Source of the DNA: Candidatus Caldarchaeales archaeon
GTDB lineage: Archaea > Thermoproteota > Nitrososphaeria_A > Caldarchaeales > Wolframiiraptoraceae
Length of the DNA: 64,000 bases
Assembly (NCBI GenBank): GCA_039630055.1
Contig: JBCNVN010000001.1
Span: 64,001-128,000, forward strand
Reading direction: 5' to 3'
The translations under genes were made by a program, and so were the position numbers. The notes under the pieces are model-generated. The model did no database searches. It saw nothing but the letters and a program-made list of their open reading frames with translations, and had not been told where the DNA came from. Positions within the stretch are counted from its first letter, which is position 1. Each line of letters opens with the position of its first letter. Shown in pieces: positions 49,919-60,273 of the stretch.

Positions 49919-50377
49919 CTAATCCTTAGGCATCCGCTTTAATTCATCCAGAGCTATAAGCGATTCTTTAACGTGTTTTCCAGGCATAACCCCTGATATA
50001 ATCTTTCTTATGATCCCATTCTCATCTATGACGAATGTCTTCCGCTGAGATCTTCCTCCAAAACCTAGTGCACCATATTTCTTCGAAACCATGCCATCAG
50101 TATCACTGAGAAGTAGATGGGTTAACCGATACTTATCAGCAAATCGGTTATGGCTATCTATCCCGTCTACGCTAATACCTATAGCAACTGCTCCTCTCTT
50201 CTCAAACTCTTCAATGTTATCTCTTATCAGACAGTTCTCACGAGTACAACCTGGAGTATCATCTTTAGGGTAGAAGAAGAGAACAACTGGTCTCCCTAAC
50301 ATCGATGACAGCTTGAAACGATCTCCCTTATGTGATATGAGCTCGAAATCTGGAGCCTTATCACCTTCCTTAACCAT
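49919..50377 (-). CDS. bcp: Peroxiredoxin, BCP/PrxQ family
   Basis: GDKAPDF, FYPKDDTPGCTRENC (CxxxxC), GISVD, RKTFVID. Confidence 0.93.
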   Translation of the reverse strand: MVKEGDKAPDFELISHKGDRFKLSSMLGRPVVLFFYPKDDTPGCTRENCLIRDNIEEFEKRGAVAIGISVDGIDSHNRFADKYRLTHLLLSDTDGMVSKKYGALGFGGRSQRKTFVIDENGIIRKIISGVMPGKHVKESLIALDELKRMPKD

Positions 50378-50730
50378 ACTATTCCGAGAATCGATGAATA
50401 ATTTATTTATTTCTAGTTTACCAGTATTTTTAGTGGATTACGTCAAATTTTATATTCTATTAATGGTTGTTGAAGCTTCTTTCCCATATCATAATGCAGG
50501 TGAAATTATGATTTAGCCGCCGATGGTATAGTCTCATACGGATCAGTGGAGTGTATTAACATCTACTTACAATTTCAAGAATAAAATTGCATCAATATAT
50601 TTAGTTTAAGTAGCTTGAGCAAATTTTTTAAGAAGATGTTATCTTAAGCTTTAATCTTTAGTATTTATCCTATTTTTTTGATGTTGGAGTATTTTCTTTA
50701 AAACGGCGTTATAACATAAAATGAAAAGAT

Positions 50731-51339
50731 ATGGTAAAGAAATATGAGCTTCCACCTCTTCCGTATAGCTATAATGCATTAGAACCAGTAATAATAGAAG
50801 AGATAATGAGGCTTCACCACACAAAGCATCATCAAGCATATGTTACGGGGGCCAACACTGCACTAGAGAGATTGGAAAAAAATAGGAAAGGAGAGAACCC
50901 TGAAAATATAAGAGGAATACTAAGAGACTTAAGTTTTAATCTAAGTGGACATAAATTGCATACTGTATTCTGGCATAACATGGCTTCTCCTGGAAAGGGT
51001 GGTGGGAAACCTGGAGGTCGGATAGCCGACCAGATAGAGACAGACTTTGGAGGATTTGATTCATTCAAGAAACAATTCAGTGATGCGGCTAAGAACGTTG
51101 AAGCCGTAGGGTGGGCAGTATTAACATACGACCAAGAGATCGACTCCTTGGTGATATACCAAGTAGAGAAGCAGAACTTTATGCATCCTCCAAACTTGCC
51201 ACTGATTCTAACTTTAGATGTATGGGAGCATGCATACTATCTACAGTATAAGAATGATAGAGCAAGCTATGTTGATAGTTGGTGGCAAGTGGTAAACTGG
51301 GATGATGTAGAGAAGAGATTCAACAAAGTAAAAATTTAA
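50731..51339 (+). CDS. sod: Fe/Mn superoxide dismutase
   Basis: YELPPLPY, LHHTKHH, GHKLH, DVWEHAYYLQY. Confidence 0.97.
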   Translation: MVKKYELPPLPYSYNALEPVIIEEIMRLHHTKHHQAYVTGANTALERLEKNRKGENPENIRGILRDLSFNLSGHKLHTVFWHNMASPGKGGGKPGGRIADQIETDFGGFDSFKKQFSDAAKNVEAVGWAVLTYDQEIDSLVIYQVEKQNFMHPPNLPLILTLDVWEHAYYLQYKNDRASYVDSWWQVVNWDDVEKRFNKVKI

Positions 51340-51459
51340 TTGGAAAGTCCGCTGTTGGCTCAGCTCACTTGAAATCCACCAGACTTAAACAATTTTTTAT
51401 TAAAGTCTTCCTAAGATTCAATACGTTAAAATTTCTCTCAGATCCGAGATAGATGTTCG

Positions 51460-53508
51460 TCAGCATATAATCTTCTCTAACTCTTCTAGCGTTGTTACAG
51501 GCTTCTTACATGAATAGTTCTCACATACATAGACAGTGGGCTTTCCCTCTACCTCAACCTTGCCAGCCACAACTTGTGATAGCTCTTCAAGCTCTTCTCT
51601 ATTCCAGCTTCCAATACTGATTATCGTTCTAAAAGGCATATATATCTTGTATATAATGTCGAGGAAGGGTTTTACTTCCATCATCTCTCCCACGATAACG
51701 ATCTCTCTTCTTGTTCTAAAGTTAGCGGCCAGGCACTGAAGCATAAATGTATAATCTCCTGGACTCTCAGAGATATCACCATAGAAAGCTTTCAAAGTCT
51801 TCTCAAAAAATTCCCAGTACTTATCTAATCCAGTAATCTCATATAATCTTAGAAGCGTATGAGCTGCCACTGAGTTTCCCGATGGCATTACTCCATCGTG
51901 TGCATCCTTGATTCTCGATATTCCTCCAACATCCTCAATGCTGAAGAAAAATCCATCTTCCTCCCTATCCCAGAAATTGTCGATCATGGAGTCAGTTATC
52001 GTGATAGCTCTACTAAGCAACTGTGGATCAAAAGTTGACTCGAAAAGGTCTAGTAGCCCAAAGACAAAGTAAGAGTAATCTTCTAGACAGCCTTCTGCTC
52101 TAGCTACTCCACTTCTATAATATCTGTACATGCGTCCCTCTCTCCACAGCTTACTGTAGATAAAGTCAGCTGTTCTCTGAGCAGTCCTAAGATATTTTTC
52201 TTCACCGGTGACTTGGTATCCTAAGCTTAGAGCTGAGATCGCCAGCCCATTCCAAGATGCGATTATCTTATCGTCTACTGTAGGCTTCGGCCTCTTTCTT
52301 CTAGCATCCAACAAGATTCGACTACATAGTTCTAGTTTTTCTTCAATATCCTCGATTTTCATAGAGAAGTATGAGGCTAGACTGGATGTATCCATGCTTA
52401 TAGTAGGTATTGAACGGCCATGCTCGAAATTTCCAACATCACTTATTCCAAAGGCTTTACAGAAGATCTCTCCAAGCTCCCGTCCCAAAATATCTAGAAC
52501 CTCTTTCTTTGTCCAGGTATAGAATATTCCCTCACCTTCAGAACTATCTGCATCAACTGCAGAGTAGAATCCTCCTTCAGGACTAAGCATTTCATTTATC
52601 ATCCAGTCTAGAGTAGATATAGCAACCCTCTTCATGAAGGGATTGCCGGATATTTGATATGATTGTAGATATACACGGGATAAGAGGGCGTTGTCGTAAA
52701 GCATTTTCTCGAAGTGGGGTATGGTCCAGAATCTATCTGTTGAGTATCGGTGGAAGCCGCCACCCAGCTGTTCTCTTATACCTCCTTTCGCCATATTCTC
52801 TAAAGTCATCCTAGCCATGTTTAACGCAAGTGAGATATTCTCCAGTTTATAGAACATGTGTAGAAACTCGATGTAGTTTGGCATCGGAAATTTAGGTGCA
52901 GTCCCAAACCCTCCATAAACCTTGTCAAAATTTGAAACAAGAGATTCGAAACCTCGATAAACTACATCATAAGATATCTCATCCTCAACAGATCCTTTAA
53001 TATTCATGCGTTTTAGAATCGATACTATCTGTTCTGCATTTTTCTCAACCTCTTCAGGATTGTTCCTCCAAATCTCTATGATTGACGTCAATATCTCATC
53101 TAACCCTACCATTCCACCTCTCCTCCTAGGTGGAAAGTATGTGCCTCCGAAAAATGGCTTAAGACTAGGTGTCAAGAAAACGTTTAGTGGCCAGCCTCCA
53201 GAACCAGAAATCAACATAACTGCTTTCATGTAGATTTCATCTATGTCAGGTCTCTCTTCTCTATCAACCTTAACGGGGACAAAGTATTCGTTAAGTAACT
53301 TGGCAATATGCTCATCTTCGAATGATTCTTTCTCCATTACATGGCACCAGTGACATGATGCATAGCCTATGCTTAGGAAGATAGGTTTATTCTCTTCTCT
53401 CGCCTTCTTTATTGCCTCTTCACCCCAAGGATACCAGTCGACTGGATTATATGCATGCTGGAGAAGATAAGGGCTGAGCTCTCTAGCTAATCTATTAGGT
53501 TTATTCAC
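51460..53508 (-). CDS. Thioredoxin-domain protein YyaL/SSP411 (DUF255 + alpha/alpha-toroid)
   Basis: [52 protein letters not shown]. Confidence 0.93.
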   Translation of the reverse strand: MNKPNRLARELSPYLLQHAYNPVDWYPWGEEAIKKAREENKPIFLSIGYASCHWCHVMEKESFEDEHIAKLLNEYFVPVKVDREERPDIDEIYMKAVMLISGSGGWPLNVFLTPSLKPFFGGTYFPPRRRGGMVGLDEILTSIIEIWRNNPEEVEKNAEQIVSILKRMNIKGSVEDEISYDVVYRGFESLVSNFDKVYGGFGTAPKFPMPNYIEFLHMFYKLENISLALNMARMTLENMAKGGIREQLGGGFHRYSTDRFWTIPHFEKMLYDNALLSRVYLQSYQISGNPFMKRVAISTLDWMINEMLSPEGGFYSAVDADSSEGEGIFYTWTKKEVLDILGRELGEIFCKAFGISDVGNFEHGRSIPTISMDTSSLASYFSMKIEDIEEKLELCSRILLDARRKRPKPTVDDKIIASWNGLAISALSLGYQVTGEEKYLRTAQRTADFIYSKLWREGRMYRYYRSGVARAEGCLEDYSYFVFGLLDLFESTFDPQLLSRAITITDSMIDNFWDREEDGFFFSIEDVGGISRIKDAHDGVMPSGNSVAAHTLLRLYEITGLDKYWEFFEKTLKAFYGDISESPGDYTFMLQCLAANFRTRREIVIVGEMMEVKPFLDIIYKIYMPFRTIISIGSWNREELEELSQVVAGKVEVEGKPTVYVCENYSCKKPVTTLEELEKIIC

Positions 53509-53856
53509 GCCCCTCCAAGAACTTAAAGCTGCTAAAGAGGATTCTGCAACTACATATCATTTAGTAGTATGTGTAGGGTTGGTCAACTCTATTAATTATC
53601 TAGGATAAGGTTCTCAGAAGCCTAGAGATGTTTATTATTGATAGGATTCCATGTAAGGCTTAGGTGAGAACTATTTAGAGGCTAAAGATTTCGAAGAAGA
53701 TGGCAGAGATACTCTGATGATAAACCCTACTAAGCTTCTGATTCACTACTGGAATACATGAATAATATTTCCTAAGACTCTAAAAAGATAACAAATATAA
53801 CTCATAATCTAACCCATTCTATAGTAATAGGTTATATCCGGCTCTTCCCTAAAAGA

Positions 53857-54921
53857 TTACTGGTATTGGTCTACCCTTTCAGGCATCTCTGGAGTTGTAG
53901 GATATTTTGGAGGCCACTGTACTGAGCGTCGACTATCTAGAAGTCTAAGATTATCTTCTATCCTCTTTCTCTCAGCCTCGAGCCATGGTGGAAGTATTAG
54001 TTTCGAGCCTAAAGATTCAGGCGGCTCATCTATAGTATATCCAGGCTTTTCGGTAGCTACTTCTAGAAGGTTTCCGAACGGGTCTCTAAAATAAAGAGAC
54101 TTGAACCAGAACCTATCGATTATCCCCGAATGTATTATGCCCATATTATCAAGAATCTTCATTACCTCTCTCTGCTCTTCCTCATCTACAACCTTTACCG
54201 CTATATGATGGATGCTTCCCACACCTAAGAATCCTGATGGAGTATTTGACTTAACAATATATCTGAGAAAACCATATTCTTCTAAGCCGAAGCTTAAAAT
54301 TAAACTTGAAGGGTCGTGAGGATTTCTCCATCGAGCCAAGAGCTTTAGGCCGAATATCTTAGAGAGAAAACGTTCTAGTAGATTAGGATCGGTGGCGAGA
54401 GGAGAGCCATGATCTAAGATCTTCAAGTTCATGTCAGACGATATAGACTTGGCTGAGAACCCCTCAGAGAACATCTCAACTAGATACGCTGAGTCAATCC
54501 CACTCTCTACTTTACATGTTAACTCGAGCAGGACACCATCCGGATCTCTAAAATATATTGAGACCCTATCCTCAAACAAGTATGGTCTAGATACATGTAC
54601 TCCATGAACTTTAAGCCAAGCCGACCACTTCTGTAATGCCTCGATCCGGCTAACAGAGTAAGCCAGATGATGGGGGAATCCTAACCCCACCCTCCCCTCA
54701 TATAGATGGGGCCACTCGAAGAAGGTAACCACCGAGCCGCTCGATCCTCTCTCATCACCATAGAAGATATGTCTATGGAAGATGTCATCCTGGTTTACAG
54801 ATAGTTTGACACGCCTAAGACCGAGGACTTCGGTATAGAATCGTCTGTTAATCTGCTCATTATCGGTGACGAGGGTTATATGGTGAAGTCCCTTAACGAG
54901 GCCTTCAGACATTTCGGCCAT
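53857..54921 (-). CDS. VOC-family ring-cleaving dioxygenase (MhqO/PcpA-like)
   Basis: GLHHIT, FYTEVLGLR.VK.SVNQDD, TFFEWP, IHHIA, DRFWFKSLYFRDP, EVATEKPG, LILPPWLE. Confidence 0.88.
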   Translation of the reverse strand: MAEMSEGLVKGLHHITLVTDNEQINRRFYTEVLGLRRVKLSVNQDDIFHRHIFYGDERGSSGSVVTFFEWPHLYEGRVGLGFPHHLAYSVSRIEALQKWSAWLKVHGVHVSRPYLFEDRVSIYFRDPDGVLLELTCKVESGIDSAYLVEMFSEGFSAKSISSDMNLKILDHGSPLATDPNLLERFLSKIFGLKLLARWRNPHDPSSLILSFGLEEYGFLRYIVKSNTPSGFLGVGSIHHIAVKVVDEEEQREVMKILDNMGIIHSGIIDRFWFKSLYFRDPFGNLLEVATEKPGYTIDEPPESLGSKLILPPWLEAERKRIEDNLRLLDSRRSVQWPPKYPTTPEMPERVDQYQ

Positions 54922-55153
54922 CTATCTTTCCAAATACCAATCCTGCCTCTTAAATGTAAGCTAATTTGAAATTCTCATGTAGCTCCGAATAATCCATATA
55001 TTATCATATCCTGAAAGACCTATCTATCCATCAAGTATGTACCCTCTCCATGTGAACATGCACTAATATTAAAGAGCTAAAATAAGATTGATATTCTTTT
55101 TCGAGGTAAATAATAAGGATAATCTTAAATCTGGCGTAGAAAAGATAAGTGTA

Positions 55154-55243
55154 GCCCCGGTAGCTCAGCGGGTAGAGCGGCGGCCTCGTATCAATCTAAG
55201 TCAAGAAAGCCGCAGGTCGCGGGTTCAAATCCCGCCCGGGGCT
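55154..55243 (+). tRNA. tRNA-Thr(CGU) with 17-nt canonical 37/38 intron (55191-55207)
   Basis: Exons identical to the tRNA-Thr(UGU) at 45278-45365 except position 34. Confidence 0.94.
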
Positions 55244-55797
55244 TCAAAGACAGTTAACGCCCCCTCCACATTAATATTAGGAAAATTTCCAGTCTTCACA
55301 TCTTATAATATTTTATGCCTCTTCTAGATTTCTCTAAATGTTAAGTTGAGGTCTATCAAAGTATGGTCTTCTTAGATATTATTTATTTTATCATAGTCAA
55401 AGTTTTAGAGGTTCGTTTTATTTAACCTGTAATAAGTGTATAGACATGAACTCTCTGTTTATAGATTATGAAGTTGTCTAAAATAAGAACGGACACCACC
55501 ATCATTATCCTCCAATCTTCGTTAAAATATACGTGAACATTGTTATAGCTGAGATAGGGTCTGCTAGTACATTTCTCCAAGAAGAATTTTTAGATTAAAC
55601 CATGCTATAGTAAAGGAAAGAACTTCAAAATTATGTTTATCATGGAGATCAATGCTGGCATAAACCCTACTTCCTCATTTCAGTCTGCTAAGCTGATCCA
55701 AATACATGATGTATTAGATAAATATCTGATGTATTCCATTACCCAATTAAAAGAATTAAGAAATGTTAATAATTCCCTCTATCAGATTATCTTCTAG

Positions 55798-56163
55798 ATG
55801 AACAGAGTTTTTAAATATAGGAAAAGCTCGATGTTTAACCTACCAGTAGAAGAGTTTGAATATGTTGAAGATTTTGGGAGGCTTATCCGTGAAGCTAGGG
55901 AGAGGATGGGTTTAACACAGGAAGAATTTGCTAAACAATTAAATGAGAAGGTTACTATTATCAAGAAGATTGAAGCTGGTGAGTTTAATCCATCGATCGA
56001 ATTATCTAAGAAGATTGAGAGGTTGCTTAAGATAAAGATACTGGTCCCATCGATCGAAGAAGATCTTGAACAGATCTCAAAATATGTAGAAAAAGGAGAG
56101 AAGCAGAAAAGTGTATCTTTAGGATTATTCTTTAAAAAGATTGATGAAAAATCTAAGAGATAG
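55798..56163 (+). CDS. Multiprotein bridging factor aMBF1-like HTH protein (no Zn ribbon)
   Basis: VEDFGRLIREARERMGLTQEEFAKQLNEK..IIKKIEAG...KIERLLKIKI, SLG motif; upstream of hflX. Confidence 0.85.
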   Translation: MNRVFKYRKSSMFNLPVEEFEYVEDFGRLIREARERMGLTQEEFAKQLNEKVTIIKKIEAGEFNPSIELSKKIERLLKIKILVPSIEEDLEQISKYVEKGEKQKSVSLGLFFKKIDEKSKR

Positions 56164-56228
56164 TATAAATTTATGTAAAGAGTTTTAAAGAAGCTCTAGA
56201 ATTAGTAGGGATGGAAGGTACATAGAGA

Positions 56229-57479
56229 GTGAAGGTTGCAATCGTTCATAGAGTTAACCCGGGAGAAAATGATAATCTAGAAGAACTCAGCGAGCTTTGT
56301 CATACTGCTAACTATGAAGTAGTGTATAGGGTACGGCAAGAGAGACCTCCACATCCAGAATATAATATTGGTCCAGGGAAGGTGGAAGAGCTTAAAAAGG
56401 CTGTTCAAGAGCTGGATATAGAGAAGGTAATATTTGAGAACGAGTTGAAGCCTGTTCAAGAATATAATCTTGCTAAGAAGCTAGGCGTACAGGTAATTAG
56501 TAGAACTCAGCTCATCTTAGAGATATTTACTCTACATGCTAACAGTATCGAGGCTAAACTCCAGATAAAACTAGCAGAATTAAAGTATGAGCTATCTAGA
56601 GCTAAGGAGAAAGTTAGACTGGCGAAGAAGGGAGAGCAGCCTGGATTTCACGGTCTAGGAGCCTACGAAGCAGACGTGTATTATGATGAGATCCATAAGA
56701 GGATAGTTTCAATTAATAGAAAGCTTGAATCAATTAAAAAACATATGGATCTGATAAGGTTTGAGAGGAAGAAGCTAGGTATACCTCTAGTCTCACTATC
56801 TGGATATACCAATGCTGGCAAATCTTCTCTATTCAACCTCTTAGCATCAGAAGATGTTGAAGTAAATTCCCAGCTTTTCACGACTTTAACGCCGACCACG
56901 AGGATCGTGAGATTGGGAGGCAAACCGGTATTCTTATCAGATACTGTAGGATTCATCAGCAATCTTCCAACGCTACTGATAGAGGCATTCTATGCAACTC
57001 TTCGAGAGATTGCTTTATCAGACTTAATATTATTGATGGTCGATATATCTGAACCTCTACCTATAGTAGAGAAGAAGCTTGGAACATCTATTGATGCGTT
57101 AAACAGTATCGGTGCCAATGGTGTCCCAGTCTTAGTTGTCTTTAACAAGATAGACTTGGTAGATGAATCTGAATTAAATAAAAAGATTGAGAGGTTGGGT
57201 CTACCATATCAACATGTAGTGATATCTGCAAAGAATGGCATTAATATCGATAAGCTGGAGAAGACGGCATCAGAGATGTTGAGAGGCTTTATCAAGGTTA
57301 AAGCTACAATCCCCCATGATAGAAGATATATGAAGATAGTTAAAGAATTGTATAGAAAGTCAAAGGTAATGAGTATCGAATACGATGATAGCCATGTGAA
57401 GATAGAGGTGGAGACTACTGTGGATTTAGCGGAAAAGTTGAAGAGATTATCTATCGAAGGAGGATTTAGAGTTGAATGA
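56229..57479 (+). CDS. hflX: GTPase HflX
   Basis: GPGKVEEL, LILEIF, EAKLQIKLA, GYTNAGKS, FTTL, DTVGFI, NKID, SAK. Confidence 0.95.
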   Translation: MKVAIVHRVNPGENDNLEELSELCHTANYEVVYRVRQERPPHPEYNIGPGKVEELKKAVQELDIEKVIFENELKPVQEYNLAKKLGVQVISRTQLILEIFTLHANSIEAKLQIKLAELKYELSRAKEKVRLAKKGEQPGFHGLGAYEADVYYDEIHKRIVSINRKLESIKKHMDLIRFERKKLGIPLVSLSGYTNAGKSSLFNLLASEDVEVNSQLFTTLTPTTRIVRLGGKPVFLSDTVGFISNLPTLLIEAFYATLREIALSDLILLMVDISEPLPIVEKKLGTSIDALNSIGANGVPVLVVFNKIDLVDESELNKKIERLGLPYQHVVISAKNGINIDKLEKTASEMLRGFIKVKATIPHDRRYMKIVKELYRKSKVMSIEYDDSHVKIEVETTVDLAEKLKRLSIEGGFRVE

Positions 57480-57963
57480 TCAAGATCTTCTAGAAGCTGT
57501 TAGACTTATAGCCGATTACCAGTTCGGCTTTAGAGTAGGATCAAGACTCTTTCCAAATGAGTCTAAAATCCAAGTATCTAAGAAGACTGGTAGACCTAGA
57601 TACATCTTACTTGGAGATAAACTATTAGCAACTGTAAGGAGTAGTGATGGAATGTTGGCTTTAACATTATATGGTGGTGAGAGACTTTCCCATATAATCG
57701 AATGGCCAAGACGTAGGATCATAGTTAAAGACAGTCATCTAGATAAAGTTTTAGAAATGAAGGTTGTAAAGGCAGACTGGGTATCTTATGTAGATGAGAA
57801 CCTGGCTCCAAATGAAGAAGTATTGGTCTACAACTCTTCTAGAAGATTGATAGGTGTTGGGAGAGTAACTACATCTGGTAAAACCATCCTCACTGTTAGC
57901 GGTGGGACGGTCGTAAAGATAAGAGAAGTTGATGAGAAAATAAGACCTGATCCTGTACCCTGA
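57472..57963 (+). CDS. Pre-PUA/PUA domain RNA-binding protein (archaeosine TGT C-terminal-like)
   Basis: IADYQFG, SKKTGRPRYI, DGMLALTLYGG, PNEEVLV...LIGVG...VVKIR. Confidence 0.8.
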   Translation: MNDQDLLEAVRLIADYQFGFRVGSRLFPNESKIQVSKKTGRPRYILLGDKLLATVRSSDGMLALTLYGGERLSHIIEWPRRRIIVKDSHLDKVLEMKVVKADWVSYVDENLAPNEEVLVYNSSRRLIGVGRVTTSGKTILTVSGGTVVKIREVDEKIRPDPVP

Positions 57964-58086
57964 TATCTTATTCCTTCCATGATATTGAGATAGGCAATAT
58001 ATTATTTTATTTAAAAAATATAGGAAAGAATATTATACGACCTAGAACATAAGACTTAACAGAAGCCAAGTATAGGTGTTAAGGGT

Positions 58087-58467
58087 ATGAAAAAGCTCTC
58101 CCCTCGGCAATTGAGACGGATGCAGGCCCGCATGCTTGGAAACCTTGGATTAGATCTAAAAGAGTTGGGAATAGCTGAAGAAGTGGTTATCAGACTCCAA
58201 GACAAGGAGTTGAAGATTAAGAATCCAACAGTCATGTCCATGAAGATTGAGAATGAGACAGTGTACCAGATCCTAGGAGGAGAGGTTGAAGAAGTCTCAC
58301 CGACTATTGGTAGAGAGGTTGAAGAGGCTTACACTCCATCTGAGGAGGATTTGATGCTCGTGGCAGCCCAGGCTGGAGTAAGTGAGGAGGAAGCTAGGGA
58401 AGCCTTAGTAGAGACTCGTGGAGATCTAGCCAAAGCGATACTATTATTAAAGTCTAGGAAAACCTAG
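58087..58467 (+). CDS. nac: Nascent polypeptide-associated complex protein
   Basis: PRQLRRM, AEEVVI...IKNPTV...YQI, UBA domain EEDLMLVAAQAGVSEEEAREAL..TRGDLAKAI. Confidence 0.92.
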   Translation: MKKLSPRQLRRMQARMLGNLGLDLKELGIAEEVVIRLQDKELKIKNPTVMSMKIENETVYQILGGEVEEVSPTIGREVEEAYTPSEEDLMLVAAQAGVSEEEAREALVETRGDLAKAILLLKSRKT

Positions 58468-58473
58468 ACGGGC

Positions 58474-60273
58474 TCAATCTTCAAATCTTATAATGAATGG
58501 GTTTCCAGTCTCTGAAAGATATCTAAAAAGTACTATAGCTTCGTCAAGGATCTTTCTCTTTCTAAGATTTTTAACAATAGAGATATATCCTCCATCGATC
58601 TGAGAAGCTATCTCAGATTCTAGACTCGCTCTCTCTTCAATATTCTTAAATTTTTCCATAGGTGGATATACTAGGAAACTATAATCACTGATATCTTTAG
58701 GCTCCTTTAATCCTAGTCTACGATACGTTGATTTAAGCATTCTTCTAGCTGAGGATCTAGCAGTTCGAGAAGATAGGGATATTTTCCCAATTAGACTTGA
58801 ATCTTTCTTCAGTGAGTCTTTAAATATTCTTAAAACCTCATTAATAAAATTGTATGATTCTTTTGAAGCTTGTGGCCCAGCTTCATAGACGGTTCTCGCA
58901 GCATCGAGGACTCCATATAAAGATGAAGTATAGGCGATCTCTCCAAGATATCTTCTACCATATATCTGTTTAAAGAACTTCGTTCTTCTACTTAATGCAG
59001 TGAGACCGTGCATGGTTAACTCTCTAACTCTCCTCATGATGTATTCAATGTCTTTACCTGATACTAGAGCAAGAGATAGTACATTTATAGTAAAGATTGC
59101 ATGAATATCTGAAGGGTTTTCTCTAGGTGGAAGCTTGAAGCCAGAGTATAGTATATCAGGTGAATTAGCGACGGCATATTCGTGGTTAAAATTCTTAAAG
59201 ACTTCGCTGAGCTTCTGAAGGTCTTGATGCTTTAGATTATCTAAGACTACGGTAAACTTTATCTTATCTTCTGATCCATCGATCCTCTTAACAAAATCGA
59301 TCATCTTTTCATAATTTTCCAGTAGATCTTCAATGCTTATAGTTATACTGAAGTATCTCCTCCTTAGTAAACCAGCATGGAACACATGCTTAATCATCTT
59401 AAAAGTATTTTCAAATTCTTCTTTTCCACCAACTCTAATATTTAATTCATGTTTAATATTAATAATATAGCTAGATATATCTGAGATGATCTCTAGAGAT
59501 TCTTCTACATCGCTTGGAGCATGATAGCTTCTAGCTAAGATACAGGTTAGCCAACCCTCTAAAGGATATAGGTCTATCTCTCCTGAAAGATGCATCTCTG
59601 CAATATTTCTTGGGAGTAAGCTTTGTAGACAGTATTCTTTCATAATCGATTCTGAAGATTTTTCAATGAACTCTCTTAGATCTCCTGTATTCGAGATATT
59701 TTTTAAAGTTTTAGAAACATCATATATCGGCATCCCAATCCTTGTTAATCTATGTCTATACTTTTCCAAACCCATATCTAAAAGTATGTTGTTGACAAGC
59801 TCTCTTATGAGAGAAGATGTTAGATACTCTATTTTCAGATCTTTTAACTTCTCTTCAGCTATTGAAGCTATCTCCGAGGCCAATTTTAAACTAATGTTTG
59901 CTTCTCTCACTAGTGATCGAGCTATCTTAGACTTGTCAAACGGTTCTACGAGATTATCACTTCTCCTTACAATCATTAAATCTCTAGACCCTAAAGCTTT
60001 CCTAAGCTCTTCTAGAATTTCTAGCATCGTCAGACCAATCCTTGACAATTTATATTTACCAGAATCTTTATCAACTTCAATTAAACTCACATTTAGCATC
60101 TTCTTTAAATGATATGAAAATTTTCCAGCATCTTTATTCTTCTCTAATCCAAGCGAAGCCATCAACTCTGAGTAACCCATCTCTCTCTTAGATAGAAGCC
60201 TTAAGATCTCTGATCTTGTAGGAGATGCGATAGCGTCCAAGATATTATTGACATCGTTTGCAGTCTTATCCAT
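58474..60273 (-). CDS. ArsR-like wHTH + ATP-cone + degenerate class III ribonucleotide reductase (NrdD-like) fusion
   Basis: HTH (SPTRSEIL...AGKFSYHLKKM), ATP cone (IVRRSDNLVEPFDKSKIARSL...LTSSLIRELV), NrdD-like LPRNIAEMHLSGEI, TINV, DGGYI. The protein ends without a glycyl-radical loop. Confidence 0.78.
   Translation of the reverse strand: MDKTANDVNNILDAIASPTRSEILRLLSKREMGYSELMASLGLEKNKDAGKFSYHLKKMLNVSLIEVDKDSGKYKLSRIGLTMLEILEELRKALGSRDLMIVRRSDNLVEPFDKSKIARSLVREANISLKLASEIASIAEEKLKDLKIEYLTSSLIRELVNNILLDMGLEKYRHRLTRIGMPIYDVSKTLKNISNTGDLREFIEKSSESIMKEYCLQSLLPRNIAEMHLSGEIDLYPLEGWLTCILARSYHAPSDVEESLEIISDISSYIINIKHELNIRVGGKEEFENTFKMIKHVFHAGLLRRRYFSITISIEDLLENYEKMIDFVKRIDGSEDKIKFTVVLDNLKHQDLQKLSEVFKNFNHEYAVANSPDILYSGFKLPPRENPSDIHAIFTINVLSLALVSGKDIEYIMRRVRELTMHGLTALSRRTKFFKQIYGRRYLGEIAYTSSLYGVLDAARTVYEAGPQASKESYNFINEVLRIFKDSLKKDSSLIGKISLSSRTARSSARRMLKSTYRRLGLKEPKDISDYSFLVYPPMEKFKNIEERASLESEIASQIDGGYISIVKNLRKRKILDEAIVLFRYLSETGNPFIIRFED

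Noticed and set aside
51342-51350. GGAAAGTCC resembling the RNase P RNA conserved motif
   Set aside because: Only 120 bp of AT-rich intergenic space, with no GC-rich stems or matching 3' motif.
55633-55797. 54-codon ORF ending in TAG directly in frame with the MBF1 ATG (possible amber read-through)
   Set aside because: The translation has no Cys or resemblance to the MBF1 Zn ribbon, and no pyl genes are in the window; probably chance.
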